In this document: piece by piece, positions 46,388 through 56,532 of the stretch
Layout of the letters: each line of letters starts with the position of its first letter
Position numbering within the stretch: the first letter of the stretch is position 1
Source: Candidatus Limnocylindria bacterium
GTDB taxonomy: Bacteria > Patescibacteriota > Saccharimonadia > Saccharimonadales > JAGQNK01
Length of the DNA: 59,537 nt
Direction of reading: 5' to 3'
Assembly: GCA_035489815.1 (NCBI GenBank)
Contig: DATHJH010000013.1
Coordinates: 1-59,537 of the forward strand
Position numbers and translations under genes: made by a program
Notes under the pieces: model-generated
Seen by the model: the letters and a program-made list of their open reading frames with translations, nothing else
Databases searched by the model: none
Told to the model about the DNA's origin: nothing

Positions 46388-46771
46388 TTACTTTTCCTGA
46401 AGAACGGACAGTATGTTGCCGGCTGGGTCTTTGAACCAGGCTATGTCAGGGCCCTGGTTAGCGGCAATACCGCGGGCTATGCCGTCCTCGTCCTGATACA
46501 TGCCTTCGTAGTGTTCAAGTTCGACGCCTTTGCTTTTGAGCTGCTCTACTGCCTTGTTGATGTCATCTACTGGGAAGTTGATGATAGTAAAGGACGCAGG
46601 CGTGTGGTCTTCCTTGGGGTAGACAAAAATGTTACTGCCGCCGGAAATTTTGAGAGTGAGCCCCATAGTATCTTCCTCTACCGCCAGTCCAAGTATCCTG
46701 CTATAAAAATCCTTGGCTGTCGCCTGGTTGTTAACTGAAAACCCACTAAATGCCTGGCTTTCCTCGAACAT
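46388..46771 (-). CDS. VOC/glyoxalase-family protein
   Basis: AFSGFSV, YPKEDHTPASFTIINFPVDDI, IAWFKDPAGNILSV. Confidence 0.92.
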   Translation of the reverse strand: MFEESQAFSGFSVNNQATAKDFYSRILGLAVEEDTMGLTLKISGGSNIFVYPKEDHTPASFTIINFPVDDINKAVEQLKSKGVELEHYEGMYQDEDGIARGIAANQGPDIAWFKDPAGNILSVLQEK

Positions 46772-46959
46772 GATTTTCTCCCTCCGATTGTTATTCTATT
46801 TTACTATCATACACTGAACCCATTTTTATAATCCTTAACCGGGAATACTTGTGATGATAAAAAAATTACAAAAACTTCCTGGAAAGTTAAAAATCTGATA
46901 AAATTTATGTCATAGTAAATATTAAATTTTGATTAAATAAGTGGAAGGGAGACACCGGC

Positions 46960-47421
46960 ATGAAAAAGCTGTTTCATCTAACCGAAGGTGGGGTCAACGC
47001 GCTTCGGGTGGAACTGGAGAGCTTGGCTGCCCGGCGTCGCCCTATTGCAGAGCGCATAAAGGCGTCGCGCGAGTTTGGGGACCTGAGCGAAAACGCAGCC
47101 TATACCACGGCGCGACAGGAGCAGGAGTTAGTAGAAAGCCGTATTGTCGAGCTTGAGAGCATTCTGCAGAATGTTAAAATTATCAAAAACCCCGGCCATG
47201 CCGACAAGGTGCAGCTTGGTTCCACGGTGACCCTTCGTGACGCCGCAGGAGCGTCCAAACAGTTTCAAGTAGTCGGTACGGCCGAGGCCGACCCATTGAA
47301 TGGCAAGATTTCCGATGAGTCACCGCTTGGCCAGGCGCTGCTGGGGAGGTGCCAGGGTGATGAAATAGAGTTTAAGGCATCGGTCCGGCCTACTACTTAC
47401 GTCATTGTCGGTATAGTCTAG
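46960..47421 (+). CDS. greA: Transcription elongation factor GreA
   Basis: LTEGG...L, IKASREFGDLSENAAY, ADPLNGKISDESPLGQALLG. Confidence 0.97.
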   Translation: MKKLFHLTEGGVNALRVELESLAARRRPIAERIKASREFGDLSENAAYTTARQEQELVESRIVELESILQNVKIIKNPGHADKVQLGSTVTLRDAAGASKQFQVVGTAEADPLNGKISDESPLGQALLGRCQGDEIEFKASVRPTTYVIVGIV

Positions 47422-47551
47422 CGGGGCACGAGTCTTTGGTCCCTGGCGGTCGTATTTTACTTGTAATGTTCGGGTAAAAATTCGTACCCTGGCCCAAATT
47501 TCATGTAGTTTTAATATTCTGTTGCTACAATACCTGGAAGCAATTGTAGCC

Positions 47552-47680
47552 ATGAATAAAACCTATAAAAAAATCCTTTCCCGACTGCAATCCATCCTGG
47601 CAGTGCCGCCAGCAGGCTTTGCCGGGCCCTTTCCTCTGGTTCCGGCCCGGCTATCGTATTCAGGAAGGCATTCCGGGTGA
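47552..47680 (+). CDS. Possible 42-aa leader peptide coupled to the response regulator
   Basis: MNKTYKKILSRLQSILAVPPAG...; its TGA overlaps the downstream GTG (GTGA). Confidence 0.4.
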   Translation: MNKTYKKILSRLQSILAVPPAGFAGPFPLVPARLSYSGRHSG

Positions 47681-48357
47681 GTTTCATCAAGCTCCTTATT
47701 ATTGAGGATGATGTCAGCCTGGCCCGCAGCATACAACGGTATCTGGAAAAAGACTTTGGCATTACGATTGCCACCAACGGTGCCGGGGGCCTGGAAAAGG
47801 TCAAAAAAGAAACGTACCACCTGGTCATGCTTGACCTGAACCTGCCGGATATGTCCGGGCTGGTGGTGTGCCAGGAGCTGCGGCAATTGGAAAAAGAGGT
47901 CCCCATCCTGATTCTGACTGGTATAGATGATTCTGAGACGCAGGTAAAACTTCTTGACGCCGGTGCCGACGACTATGTGACAAAGCCTTTTGAGGGTCGG
48001 CAGCTGCGCGCCCGAATCGATGCTTTGCTCCGGCGCACAGGATTGACCAGCAAATCCATCCTCCGGACACACGACCTGGTCATAGACAGCCGGCGGCGGG
48101 AGGCGAAGCGTGGAGAAGTCGTGCTTTCTTTGCGCCGCAAAGAATACGATATTCTGGAATACCTTACCCGGAATAAAGGCCAGGCAATGACCAGGGCAAT
48201 GATCTTTGACAGTGTGTGGGGCAAAGAAGGCTGGCCGAACAGCATAGATGTGCATATCAAGCACCTCCGTGACAAAGTTGACCGGCCCTTCGACGTCCCT
48301 TTGGTGGAGACAGCTCACGGCATAGGCTACCGCGTCAAAGATCTACCTTTGCAATAG
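47677..48357 (+). CDS. OmpR/PhoB-family response regulator
   Basis: LLIIEDD, LDLNLPDMSG, GADDYVTKPF, winged HTH (IDVHIKHLRDK, ETAHGIGY). Confidence 0.95.
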   Translation: MSFIKLLIIEDDVSLARSIQRYLEKDFGITIATNGAGGLEKVKKETYHLVMLDLNLPDMSGLVVCQELRQLEKEVPILILTGIDDSETQVKLLDAGADDYVTKPFEGRQLRARIDALLRRTGLTSKSILRTHDLVIDSRRREAKRGEVVLSLRRKEYDILEYLTRNKGQAMTRAMIFDSVWGKEGWPNSIDVHIKHLRDKVDRPFDVPLVETAHGIGYRVKDLPLQ

Positions 48358-48398
48358 GGTGAGCAGAACCCGTCAGGGGTATGGGGATGAGGTACTAA

Positions 48399-48584
48399 GA
48401 ACCCATCCAAAATCTTTTCCACTGACTCCGACCCTTCTCCACATAGAAGTTCGCATGCAATCCGCTCGCCTTCTAATAAGACCAGTGCTCCGAAAGGTAC
48501 TACAAGGTACCTTTCAAACCAAAAAACAAGCGGCTCACACCCAAAAACTGCTCTCGGCAAGGAGAAAAGATCCTGGATAGGTTC
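48399..48584. mobile_element. GAACC-MITE copy D (subtype 1)
   Basis: 186 bp, TAA on both sides; closely similar to copy A in reverse. Confidence 0.93.
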
Positions 48585-49054
48585 TAAGATTTGTCCTCCA
48601 GGGAAAGGGTGAGGGCCGTTATATCAACTGGAAAGATTCTGCGGGTCATAACCTCTTGCCGCTCAGCTCCTGACAGTGCTTGGATTTCCTCCGTATGCCC
48701 CACCAAGAGTACGTGTGCTGCCGGTGTGATAGCAATTATATCCTGTACTCCATGAACCAGGGTATCCAGGGGCGGTGATTCGTCACGGGCGAGCAAGGTA
48801 CTCTCTGTGGCCAGACCTGTGTCTGCACGCAGGGTTTTCTCAAAAACTTGTGCAGTTTGTCTAGCCCAAAGTTCTGGTGCAAAGTGGATGGCCGTGGAGC
48901 TAGCAGTCTCGCCCAACCTTTGAGCAAACTCCACTGCCTTACTTTCAATTAACGATCTGCCTTCTGGGGTAAGGTGTAAGTTTTTCCTGCTGTATGTCCC
49001 ATACATAACTGCGTACAAGTCGGGACGTGGTTCGGTATGTGCCGAGTCGCTCAT
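48584..49054 (-). CDS. Degenerate histidine-phosphatase (SixA-like) protein
   Basis: LYAVMYG (in place of RHG), LTPEGR, RQTAQ, VLLVGH; stop TAG is built from the MITE D boundary. Confidence 0.55.
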   Translation of the reverse strand: MSDSAHTEPRPDLYAVMYGTYSRKNLHLTPEGRSLIESKAVEFAQRLGETASSTAIHFAPELWARQTAQVFEKTLRADTGLATESTLLARDESPPLDTLVHGVQDIIAITPAAHVLLVGHTEEIQALSGAERQEVMTRRIFPVDITALTLSLEDKS

Positions 49055-49080
49055 ACAATATAGTTTAACATGTGAGCTAA

Positions 49081-49304
49081 GAACCCATTTCAAATCCCCT
49101 CCCTACTGCAAACCCTGTCCGGTGCACCAGGAGGCTGTTTTGCTTCGAGATCGTGGCTTTTTGGAAGCTAGGCAGGCTAAGCCTGCCTGCTTGCCAAAAA
49201 GAGACCATGTCACCATATCTAAAGATATGCTTTGTTACAAGAACAGCCACCTGGCACTACCGGGCCAGGCTTTTCGTACTTGGGAGGAGATTTGACATGG
49301 GTTC
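49081..49304. mobile_element. GAACC-MITE copy E (subtype 2) with a nested palindromic insert of about 63 bp
   Basis: 224 bp, TAA on both sides; aligns to copy C except for the central AGGCAGGC-TAA-GCCTGCCT hairpin block. Confidence 0.92.
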
Positions 49305-49388
49305 TAAGTAAGAAGCAGCAAGACGTGAGGTAAAACTGCCATTTGACAAGCAGTCTCTGGCAAAAGTACTCTAAAGAGAGTTATTACT

Positions 49389-50321
49389 ATGACTAAAACA
49401 CAAGCCAGAACTTTTGCGTTGGGTGCTTTTATGGCAGCCTTGTCGGTGTGGGCAGTCCTTAGGTTCAGCATGCCGGCAGTCGCCGCCTGTCCGGTTCTTC
49501 CTGTCCCCAATGGTGCCGTAACCCAGACGGTATCCGTTCCGGCCACGGCCACTTATACAATCTGGAGCCGAATCAACGCGCCGGATGCCACGGCCAATTC
49601 CTATTACCTGGAGATCGATGGCACAATATGCGGCGTCGTAGTGGGTGACGGTGCTTTGGCGGCCAACACCTGGGCGTGGGTGAACTACCAAAGCGGAAAT
49701 ACCAACTCTAAAATAACGGTTAACCTAACGGCCGGGTCCCATACTGTACGGATGGCAGGCAGAGAAACGGGCGTCAAGCTGGACCGGGTTGTCATGACCG
49801 CCGACACAGCCTGCGTACCTTCCGGTTTTGGAGACAACTGTGCTTCACCCCCGACCGATACGACGGTCCCAACCGTTAGTCTGACTGCACCTGTCAGCGG
49901 ACAAATACTTGCCGGTACATTCACTATCCTGGCGGGTGCCTCTGACAACGTAGGGGTAGCGCGGGTTGAGTTCCTGATTGACAACCAGGTAGCCCATACA
50001 GACACTGTAGCGCCCTACGTTATGGACTGGAATACTACGACGGTATCCAACGGAGCGCACAGCATAACGGCGAAGGCCTATGACGCAGAGAATAATACAG
50101 GTACCATAACCCGCAACATCACCGTGTCCAACCAGACCTTACCTCCGGCCTTCAAGGCTGAGGACATTAACCAGGACGGCCGGGTGAATCTGTTGGATTT
50201 CAGCCTGCTTGCCTCAAAGTACGGGCAACAAGGATCGGGCCTTGGGCGTGCAGATATCAACATTGACGGACGGGTCAACCTCCTGGACTTCAGCCTCCTG
50301 GCGGCTCAGTTCGGGACCTGA
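49389..50321 (+). CDS. Secreted protein: CBM-like beta-sandwich, Ig-like domain and type I dockerin
   Basis: Signal anchor; Ig repeat (ASDNVGVARVEF, WNTTTVSNGAH.ITAKAYD); two repeats DIN.DGRVNLLDFSLLA. Confidence 0.88.
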   Translation: MTKTQARTFALGAFMAALSVWAVLRFSMPAVAACPVLPVPNGAVTQTVSVPATATYTIWSRINAPDATANSYYLEIDGTICGVVVGDGALAANTWAWVNYQSGNTNSKITVNLTAGSHTVRMAGRETGVKLDRVVMTADTACVPSGFGDNCASPPTDTTVPTVSLTAPVSGQILAGTFTILAGASDNVGVARVEFLIDNQVAHTDTVAPYVMDWNTTTVSNGAHSITAKAYDAENNTGTITRNITVSNQTLPPAFKAEDINQDGRVNLLDFSLLASKYGQQGSGLGRADINIDGRVNLLDFSLLAAQFGT

Positions 50322-50421
50322 AAGTAAGAGGATCAAACCATCCAGGTGCCAATCCGTGCCGGCGGATTAGGCTTCGCGCATGCCATACATGGGTGTAGCA
50401 GAAAGAGGTTTTGGAGTAGCT

Positions 50422-51819
50422 TCAATGATTCAGGTCAATGCGGTAAACATTGCCGGACAGGATTGCCACGTAGAGTTCCCCGGACTGATCCTGTCCGAGA
50501 GCACTCACGCTGTTGTCGGGAAAGCCGGTTTCGATTGTCTGGGTAAGGGCCCAGGTAGTGTCGGGCTTTTTGGCAAGGTACCACAGCTTGCTGGAGCAGT
50601 AGTCGCTAAATATGTAGGTGCCATCGGCTTCAGGGTGCTGAGTACCCCGGTAGACATACCCTCCGGTGATTGAGCAGCCGCTATTGTGATTATATTCATG
50701 GATAGGACGGGTGAAAAGGCCTGCATTAGAGCAGTTGGCATTGGCAGCAAAAGTATAAACGTGCGTGCCTTCATAACAGCGCCAGCCAAAGTTTTTGCCG
50801 CCGCTGCCTGCTGCGGCAAAGTCTACCTCTTCCCATTCGTTTTGGCCGACATCGCCAATGAACATATCGCCGGTTTGTTTGTCAAAACTGAAGCGCCAGG
50901 GGTTGCGCAGGCCATAATGCCATATTTCCGGTTTAGCGCCAGCAGTCCCGGCGAAAGGATTGCCCGGTGGAATTTTGTAGCGTTGCGAGGTGTTGGCGCC
51001 AGCTACGTCAATACGCATAATCTTGCCCAGATAGGTGGCAAGGCACTGGCTGTTTCCGTAGGCGCAGTAATCATCATGGTCGTCACCGCCGCCACCGCCG
51101 TCGCCAGAAGATATATACAGATATCCGTCGGGTCCAAACTGCAATCCGCCGCCATTGTGGTTTTCTTCCGGCTGGTCGTAGCCCATGATGAGTAACTCGG
51201 AGTCGGGGTCGGCTGCATGAGGATTGCTACTACTGCGCGTAAACCGCGAGATGACGGTATCTCCGCGCCCAATAGCCTGACCATTGTAGGTGCCCCGCGA
51301 GGCACTGGCAATGTAATTCACATAAAAATAGCCGTTCTGGGCATAGTCAGGGTCAAAGACAAGTCCCAGTAGGCCCTGTTCGCCGCCAAACGTGACTTTT
51401 GCACTCAGGTCCAGGAAAACTGCCGGCGAATTACTGCCGTCTTTGTTAGAAATATGAACCTTACCTCCCTGGGTCACTATGAAGAGCCGGTTGTCACCGT
51501 TGACTCCGCTAGGAACCATATCTACAGCGCCTGCGACGCCCCCCGCAACTTTGGTAAGCGCCGCACCCACTGCAGTGGGAGGATTAAAGCCAAAGGATAC
51601 GTAATGACCACAGGAGGTGGCAGGGTGGTCATGTCCGATAAAAGCATTGCCTTCCAAAGGGGTATTATCACAAATATCAATGGAGGCGGTAGGAGTAGCT
51701 GCCCTGGCGATAAATAGCGTTGCTACCCCGACAGTGCTGAAAAGCAGGGCAAAAGCTAAGCGGCTCAGCTTCTGATTACGGGTGACGACGCTTCTGATTC
51801 TCCGGCCGATTTTTTTCAT
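50422..51819 (-). CDS. PQQ-dependent sugar dehydrogenase (GSDH family), membrane-anchored
   Basis: EQGLLGLVFDP, NHNGGGLQFGPDGYLYISSGDGG, GLRNPWRFSFD, DVGQNEWEE. Confidence 0.92.
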   Translation of the reverse strand: MKKIGRRIRSVVTRNQKLSRLAFALLFSTVGVATLFIARAATPTASIDICDNTPLEGNAFIGHDHPATSCGHYVSFGFNPPTAVGAALTKVAGGVAGAVDMVPSGVNGDNRLFIVTQGGKVHISNKDGSNSPAVFLDLSAKVTFGGEQGLLGLVFDPDYAQNGYFYVNYIASASRGTYNGQAIGRGDTVISRFTRSSSNPHAADPDSELLIMGYDQPEENHNGGGLQFGPDGYLYISSGDGGGGGDDHDDYCAYGNSQCLATYLGKIMRIDVAGANTSQRYKIPPGNPFAGTAGAKPEIWHYGLRNPWRFSFDKQTGDMFIGDVGQNEWEEVDFAAAGSGGKNFGWRCYEGTHVYTFAANANCSNAGLFTRPIHEYNHNSGCSITGGYVYRGTQHPEADGTYIFSDYCSSKLWYLAKKPDTTWALTQTIETGFPDNSVSALGQDQSGELYVAILSGNVYRIDLNH

Positions 51820-51938
51820 AAAATAACTGTTCTCACAATAGCATATTTACGATAGGCAGGCACAGCACAGGCGGAAACTTGTCCGCTAGCTCAGAAGCCA
51901 ATCGATGCCGCCGGCATCTTTACAGGAGGTCGCAAAAC

Positions 51939-52394
51939 TCAGGCAAGTTCTTTCTCTATTAGCTTTGTGTACCCTTTCACGTTACTAACAAAACGTGATA
52001 AAAAATCAGCTATAGCCTGAAGTTCCTCGTCTGAATAACTGGCTATCAGCTCATTTTGTACCTTCTGGATACCTGCAAACGTTGGCCCGAGTGTTTCTTT
52101 TAAGTTCTTGTTAACCTCAATCAGTAGTCCGCGTCTGTCCTTGGGGTTTGGTTTTCGCTTGATGAGCTCAGCTTTCTCCAGCCGATCAAGCATTGCTGTA
52201 GTTGAGCCGGTAGTAAGGCCGGTATAGCGGGCTAGTTCTGTAGGGGTCGAGATACCCTTAAGAAATAAAAGGCTCAGGCACTCAATGTCAGCAATGTTGA
52301 GGCCTAGCTTTCTACTTGTTGCATTGCGCAACAAAACAGAGCAACTGCCGTACTCTCCAAGAGATATAACTACTTGTTTTTCCAGGTTATTCAT
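51939..52394 (-). CDS. MarR-family regulator
   Basis: LGLNIADIECL, TPTELARYTGLTTGSTTAMLDRLEKA, DRRGLLI. Confidence 0.93.
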   Translation of the reverse strand: MNNLEKQVVISLGEYGSCSVLLRNATSRKLGLNIADIECLSLLFLKGISTPTELARYTGLTTGSTTAMLDRLEKAELIKRKPNPKDRRGLLIEVNKNLKETLGPTFAGIQKVQNELIASYSDEELQAIADFLSRFVSNVKGYTKLIEKELA

Positions 52395-52431
52395 AGAACT
52401 TACGCAAAGTCACGTTTGACATTAGCTTTAA

Positions 52432-52448
52432 TATCAAGTAATTTGATA
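52432..52448. promoter_or_regulatory. Putative MarR operator
   Basis: TATCAA-GTAAT-TTGATA between the divergent marR and VOC genes. Confidence 0.55.
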
Positions 52449-52490
52449 ATACAACAACAGTAATAAAATTACAATTGAGAGGCGTACAAC

Positions 52491-52886
52491 ATGAAAATCT
52501 CATACACCAAAATATTCGTAAACGATCAAGACAAAGCTTTGAAGTTTTATACTGAAACACTGGGCTTCGTGAAGAAAACCGACATCACCAAAGGGGAGTA
52601 CAGGTGGCTCACCGTTGTCTCGCCGGAGGATCAAAACGGTACCGAACTCATACTTGAAAAGAATGATGATCCAGCAGCAAAAACATACCAAAAAGCAATC
52701 TTTGAGCAAGGTAATGACGCGGCAAACTTTGATGTTTCTGATGTTCAGGCAGAGTATGAACGCTTGACTGGTCTTGGCGTGAAGTTCACCATGGAGCCAA
52801 CGGAAGTAATGGAGGGTGTGACAGTAGCCATGCTCGACGATACCTGCGGCAACTTGATACAAATACAAAAAACCGGGCAAAAGTAA
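52491..52886 (+). CDS. VOC/glyoxalase-family protein
   Basis: IFVNDQDKALKFYTETLGF, RWLTV, DDTCGNLIQI. Confidence 0.92.
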   Translation: MKISYTKIFVNDQDKALKFYTETLGFVKKTDITKGEYRWLTVVSPEDQNGTELILEKNDDPAAKTYQKAIFEQGNDAANFDVSDVQAEYERLTGLGVKFTMEPTEVMEGVTVAMLDDTCGNLIQIQKTGQK

Positions 52887-52899
52887 GCCTTTCAACTGG

Positions 52900-55140
52900 A
52901 TGATGCAAGAATATATTGAAATTCACGGCGCCCGCGAAAACAACCTCAAAGACGTTACCCTAAAAATCCCCAAGCGCAAGATTACAATTTTCACTGGTGT
53001 GTCCGGTTCGGGTAAATCGTCGCTGGTTTTTGACACCATTGCGGCTGAGTCGCAGCGGTTGCTGAACGAAAACTTCAGCATGTTCGTGCGTAACTTTTTG
53101 CCGCGCATCAGCCAGCCGGAAGCCGACGACATCAAAAATCTGAGCATGGCTGTCATAGTCGATCAAAAACCGCTTGGCGGCGGCTCGCATTCAACGGTTG
53201 GCACCGTCACAGATATTGCCACGGCGCTTCGCCTCATGTTCTCGCGCTTTGGCAAGCCATACGTAGGCTACGCCAACATGTTTTCATTCAACGACCCTGC
53301 GGGCATGTGTCCCAACTGTAATGGCGTTGGGCAAAAGCTTAGCATAGACATGGACGCCGCTTTTGATATGAACAAGTCAATTAGCGGCGGTGCCCTGCGT
53401 CTGCCCGACTATACGAGCACTAACAGTTGGTACCTTAAGCTCGTTCAGCAGTCCAAGCTATTCGACAACGACAAAAAGCTCAAAGATTTCAGCCAAAAAG
53501 AGCTTGATGACCTGTATCACGTCAAGCCGTTTAAGGTTGACTTGGGTAATGGCATGAAACTCAACCACGAAGGTATTGTCGACAAATTTGTTCGCAAATA
53601 TATCACTCAGTTCGACTTCAGAACGATGTCAGAGCGTACGCAGAAAAGCGTGGGGCCGTTCATTATCATGGGCCCGTGCGAGCTGTGCCACGGTGCGCGG
53701 ATCAGCCAGAAGGCGCTAGCCAGCAAAATCCAGGGCTACAACATTGCCGACTTAACCGCTATGCAGGTCGACAAGCTGCTTGACGTCATGAAAAAGCTTG
53801 AAACCAAGGAGAACCACGCACTGATCAAAACGGTGCTGGAACGCGTATCTAACCTGGTTGAAATCGGGCTCGGCTACCTTACCCTTGATCGTCCGACCGA
53901 TACGCTTTCAGGTGGTGAGTCGCAGCGCGTCAAGATGGTAAAGCACCTGAATGGCAGCCTGGTTGACGTCATGTATATCTTTGATGAGCCGAGCATTGGC
54001 CTGCACCCCCGCGATGTCCATCGCTTGAACGAATTGCTGCGCAAACTCCGCGACCAAGGCAATACGGTTATTGTAGTAGAGCACGATCCTGACGTTATTA
54101 CAGCAGCTGACCACATCGTAGACGTTGGCCCGCTGGCTGGCACCAAGGGTGGCCAGGTGGTCTTTGAAGGTACCTACCCGGAGTTACTGAAGGCCAAGAC
54201 TCTGACCGGCGAACATCTAAAAGATCAGGCGCCCGCCAAGCAGGCATTTCGGCAAGCCACCGGCAAGTTGACCATCAAAGACGCCCACGCCAATAACCTG
54301 CAGCACGTCACAGTCGATATCCCGACGGGGGTCTTTACCGTGGTTACCGGGGTCTCTGGTTCGGGCAAGAGTTCGCTGATTCACCAGGCATTTTTGAAAC
54401 AACACCCGGGTGCCATTGTGGTTGACCAATCGGCAGTTGGTACTTCCAGCCGGTCTAACCCTGCCACCTACACCGGCCTCATGGACGTTATCCGCAAAGC
54501 CTTTGCCCGGGGCAATAAGGCTGACCCTGGACTGTTCAGCTTCAACTCCAAGGGGGCTTGCGACAACTGTAAAGGTGCCGGTTTCCTGACCACCAACCTA
54601 GGTTTTCTGGATGACGCCAAAACACCTTGCGACGTCTGCGGCGGCAAGCGTTTCAAGGACGAGGTATTAGCCTACAAGTACAACGGCAAATCAATCACCG
54701 AGGTGCTCGACCTCACCATGAGTGAGGCCAATGAGTTCTTTGACTTGCCAGAGATTAGCAAAACATTACAGGCACTCAATGACGTTGGTCTGGAATACCT
54801 CACGCTCGGCCAGCCCCTCAGCACCCTCTCTGGCGGTGAATGCCAGCGCATTAAATTAGCCAGTGAGCTGCACAAAAAAGCCAGTGTCTATGTACTTGAT
54901 GAGCCAACAACCGGGTTGCATATTTCAGATACGGCACGACTGCACAAGCTCATCGACCGGCTGGTGAGTGATGGCAACACCGTGATTACTATAGAACACA
55001 ACGTGGGCGTCATCCGCCAGGCCGATTGGATCATCGACCTTGGCCCGGAAGGCGGCGACAAAGGCGGCCAGGTTATGTTCGAAGGCACCCCGGCCGCCCT
55101 GCTAAAAAGCAAAAAGACACTCATTGCGGAATATCTTTAG
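52900..55140 (+). CDS. UvrA-like ABC ATPase (UvrA2/DrrC class)
   Basis: Two GVSGSGKSS Walker A motifs, two LSGGE signatures, CxxC zinc fingers; shorter than canonical UvrA. Confidence 0.93.
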   Translation: MMQEYIEIHGARENNLKDVTLKIPKRKITIFTGVSGSGKSSLVFDTIAAESQRLLNENFSMFVRNFLPRISQPEADDIKNLSMAVIVDQKPLGGGSHSTVGTVTDIATALRLMFSRFGKPYVGYANMFSFNDPAGMCPNCNGVGQKLSIDMDAAFDMNKSISGGALRLPDYTSTNSWYLKLVQQSKLFDNDKKLKDFSQKELDDLYHVKPFKVDLGNGMKLNHEGIVDKFVRKYITQFDFRTMSERTQKSVGPFIIMGPCELCHGARISQKALASKIQGYNIADLTAMQVDKLLDVMKKLETKENHALIKTVLERVSNLVEIGLGYLTLDRPTDTLSGGESQRVKMVKHLNGSLVDVMYIFDEPSIGLHPRDVHRLNELLRKLRDQGNTVIVVEHDPDVITAADHIVDVGPLAGTKGGQVVFEGTYPELLKAKTLTGEHLKDQAPAKQAFRQATGKLTIKDAHANNLQHVTVDIPTGVFTVVTGVSGSGKSSLIHQAFLKQHPGAIVVDQSAVGTSSRSNPATYTGLMDVIRKAFARGNKADPGLFSFNSKGACDNCKGAGFLTTNLGFLDDAKTPCDVCGGKRFKDEVLAYKYNGKSITEVLDLTMSEANEFFDLPEISKTLQALNDVGLEYLTLGQPLSTLSGGECQRIKLASELHKKASVYVLDEPTTGLHISDTARLHKLIDRLVSDGNTVITIEHNVGVIRQADWIIDLGPEGGDKGGQVMFEGTPAALLKSKKTLIAEYL

Positions 55141-55214
55141 AGCATTGTTAGAACATTGGTAGTCTGACCTTGGACTATACCCGAAATTCAATTTTTTGCC
55201 CGAAACTTTATAAC

Positions 55215-55676
55215 CTACCCTACTTGTTGATACTTTTCCTCAAGTAATTTAGCTCTTTTGTGTGCACTGGCGCCAAGGGGCCGAAGGTTATGTATGGGTG
55301 TGTATGTTATGTATTGAGTTCCCTTCTGAGCTAATGCTTTAGCAGAGCTGATTACAACTTCGGGCAAAACGTGCGATTGATCTGCGGCTACATCTATAAT
55401 TATAGAATCGCTGGGATTTTGAAGATCTTGATCAACAACCCAGACGTGATACGGAACTACTTTCTGTCCTTTGTGCCAAACTTCACCGACCATCATGGTA
55501 AATGATCGTTTATTATACATGCGATGCAGGTAGCGGCTTAATACATAGCTGGTAGCAGTACACTGCCCGGCCGATATAGTCTGGCTCGGTTTACGCGGCA
55601 AAAATTTGGGAGATATGGTTTCATCGTCCCAGCACATACTAATCTGCTGCCTGAATTTGTGAATGGTATCTTCCAT
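55215..55676 (-). CDS. Hypothetical protein with possible Cys-His-Asp triad (YunG-like; start uncertain)
   Basis: SAGQCTATS, YHVW, IDVAADQ. Confidence 0.55.
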   Translation of the reverse strand: MEDTIHKFRQQISMCWDDETISPKFLPRKPSQTISAGQCTATSYVLSRYLHRMYNKRSFTMMVGEVWHKGQKVVPYHVWVVDQDLQNPSDSIIIDVAADQSHVLPEVVISSAKALAQKGTQYITYTPIHNLRPLGASAHKRAKLLEEKYQQVG

Positions 55677-55884
55677 AACTACTTCGTACCTTCTGTTAAT
55701 ACTACCATGACATAAAAAACTCTTGGAGGAGTCTTTTGTTCGAGCCGTAGTTGAAGCCACTTCTGACTGGGTATGAGGTTAGCACTTGGGTAGAGCGACC
55801 AGAGTCTGACAGCGCCGGCAAACCTACAAAGTAGCTATCTGTGCTTTATCCCGGGAGCTACTCACCATAGTGCGAGCAGTGTGG

Positions 55885-56469
55885 CTAAGTGGTGGGAGGT
55901 AGCCCAAAATCTTTTTCTATCTCTGAAATGAAGTCTTGATAATATTTTAACCCTAACTCGGCGACTTTTATCGGATCTGGCCAAATCAATCGAGTGGTTT
56001 TGTGGGTTAAAGGAGGGTTGTACCACTTACCCCTATCTTTTACTTGCATAAGCTCTACTCTTTCAGGTAGGACAGTTACCTCAAGTGGTTTGGAGCCTCT
56101 GTATTCAACGACCTGACCTTTACTAACCACTAACTTATCAATGTAAACAGACCCTTGAATTTTTGCTTCGTACTTACCTGGCTTGGTTTCTACTAGTGCC
56201 TGTATCGTATGCTGATCACTATTTCTGGCATGTTTCAGATAGCGTAGTAACTGATCTTTTCTTCTTTCTCTGGAATATTGTCCTTGCCAGGGCTGGAATC
56301 TATTTCTTATTGCAGAGCATTCCTGCTCTGCTTTCAGCCAAGCTTTTTCTATAGCAGCTAGATAATTTTTCCACTCAACTTCAAGCTCATCGAGTGTTTT
56401 AGCTTTACGCATCCTAATAAGTGATGTTTCGGCACTCTTTAACTCATTTTTGCAATGCTTAAGCTGCAT
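55885..56469 (-). CDS. AT-rich hypothetical protein with RxxxxH (HEPN-like) motif
   Basis: LRYLKHARNSDQH at the end of a helical N-terminal half. Confidence 0.65.
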   Translation of the reverse strand: MQLKHCKNELKSAETSLIRMRKAKTLDELEVEWKNYLAAIEKAWLKAEQECSAIRNRFQPWQGQYSRERRKDQLLRYLKHARNSDQHTIQALVETKPGKYEAKIQGSVYIDKLVVSKGQVVEYRGSKPLEVTVLPERVELMQVKDRGKWYNPPLTHKTTRLIWPDPIKVAELGLKYYQDFISEIEKDFGLPPTT

Positions 56470-56532
56470 AAAACCTTTCGGCCATGTTTGGTGCAAATCG
56501 TGGCTGGGGATGAGGGATTACTATACTTATCT

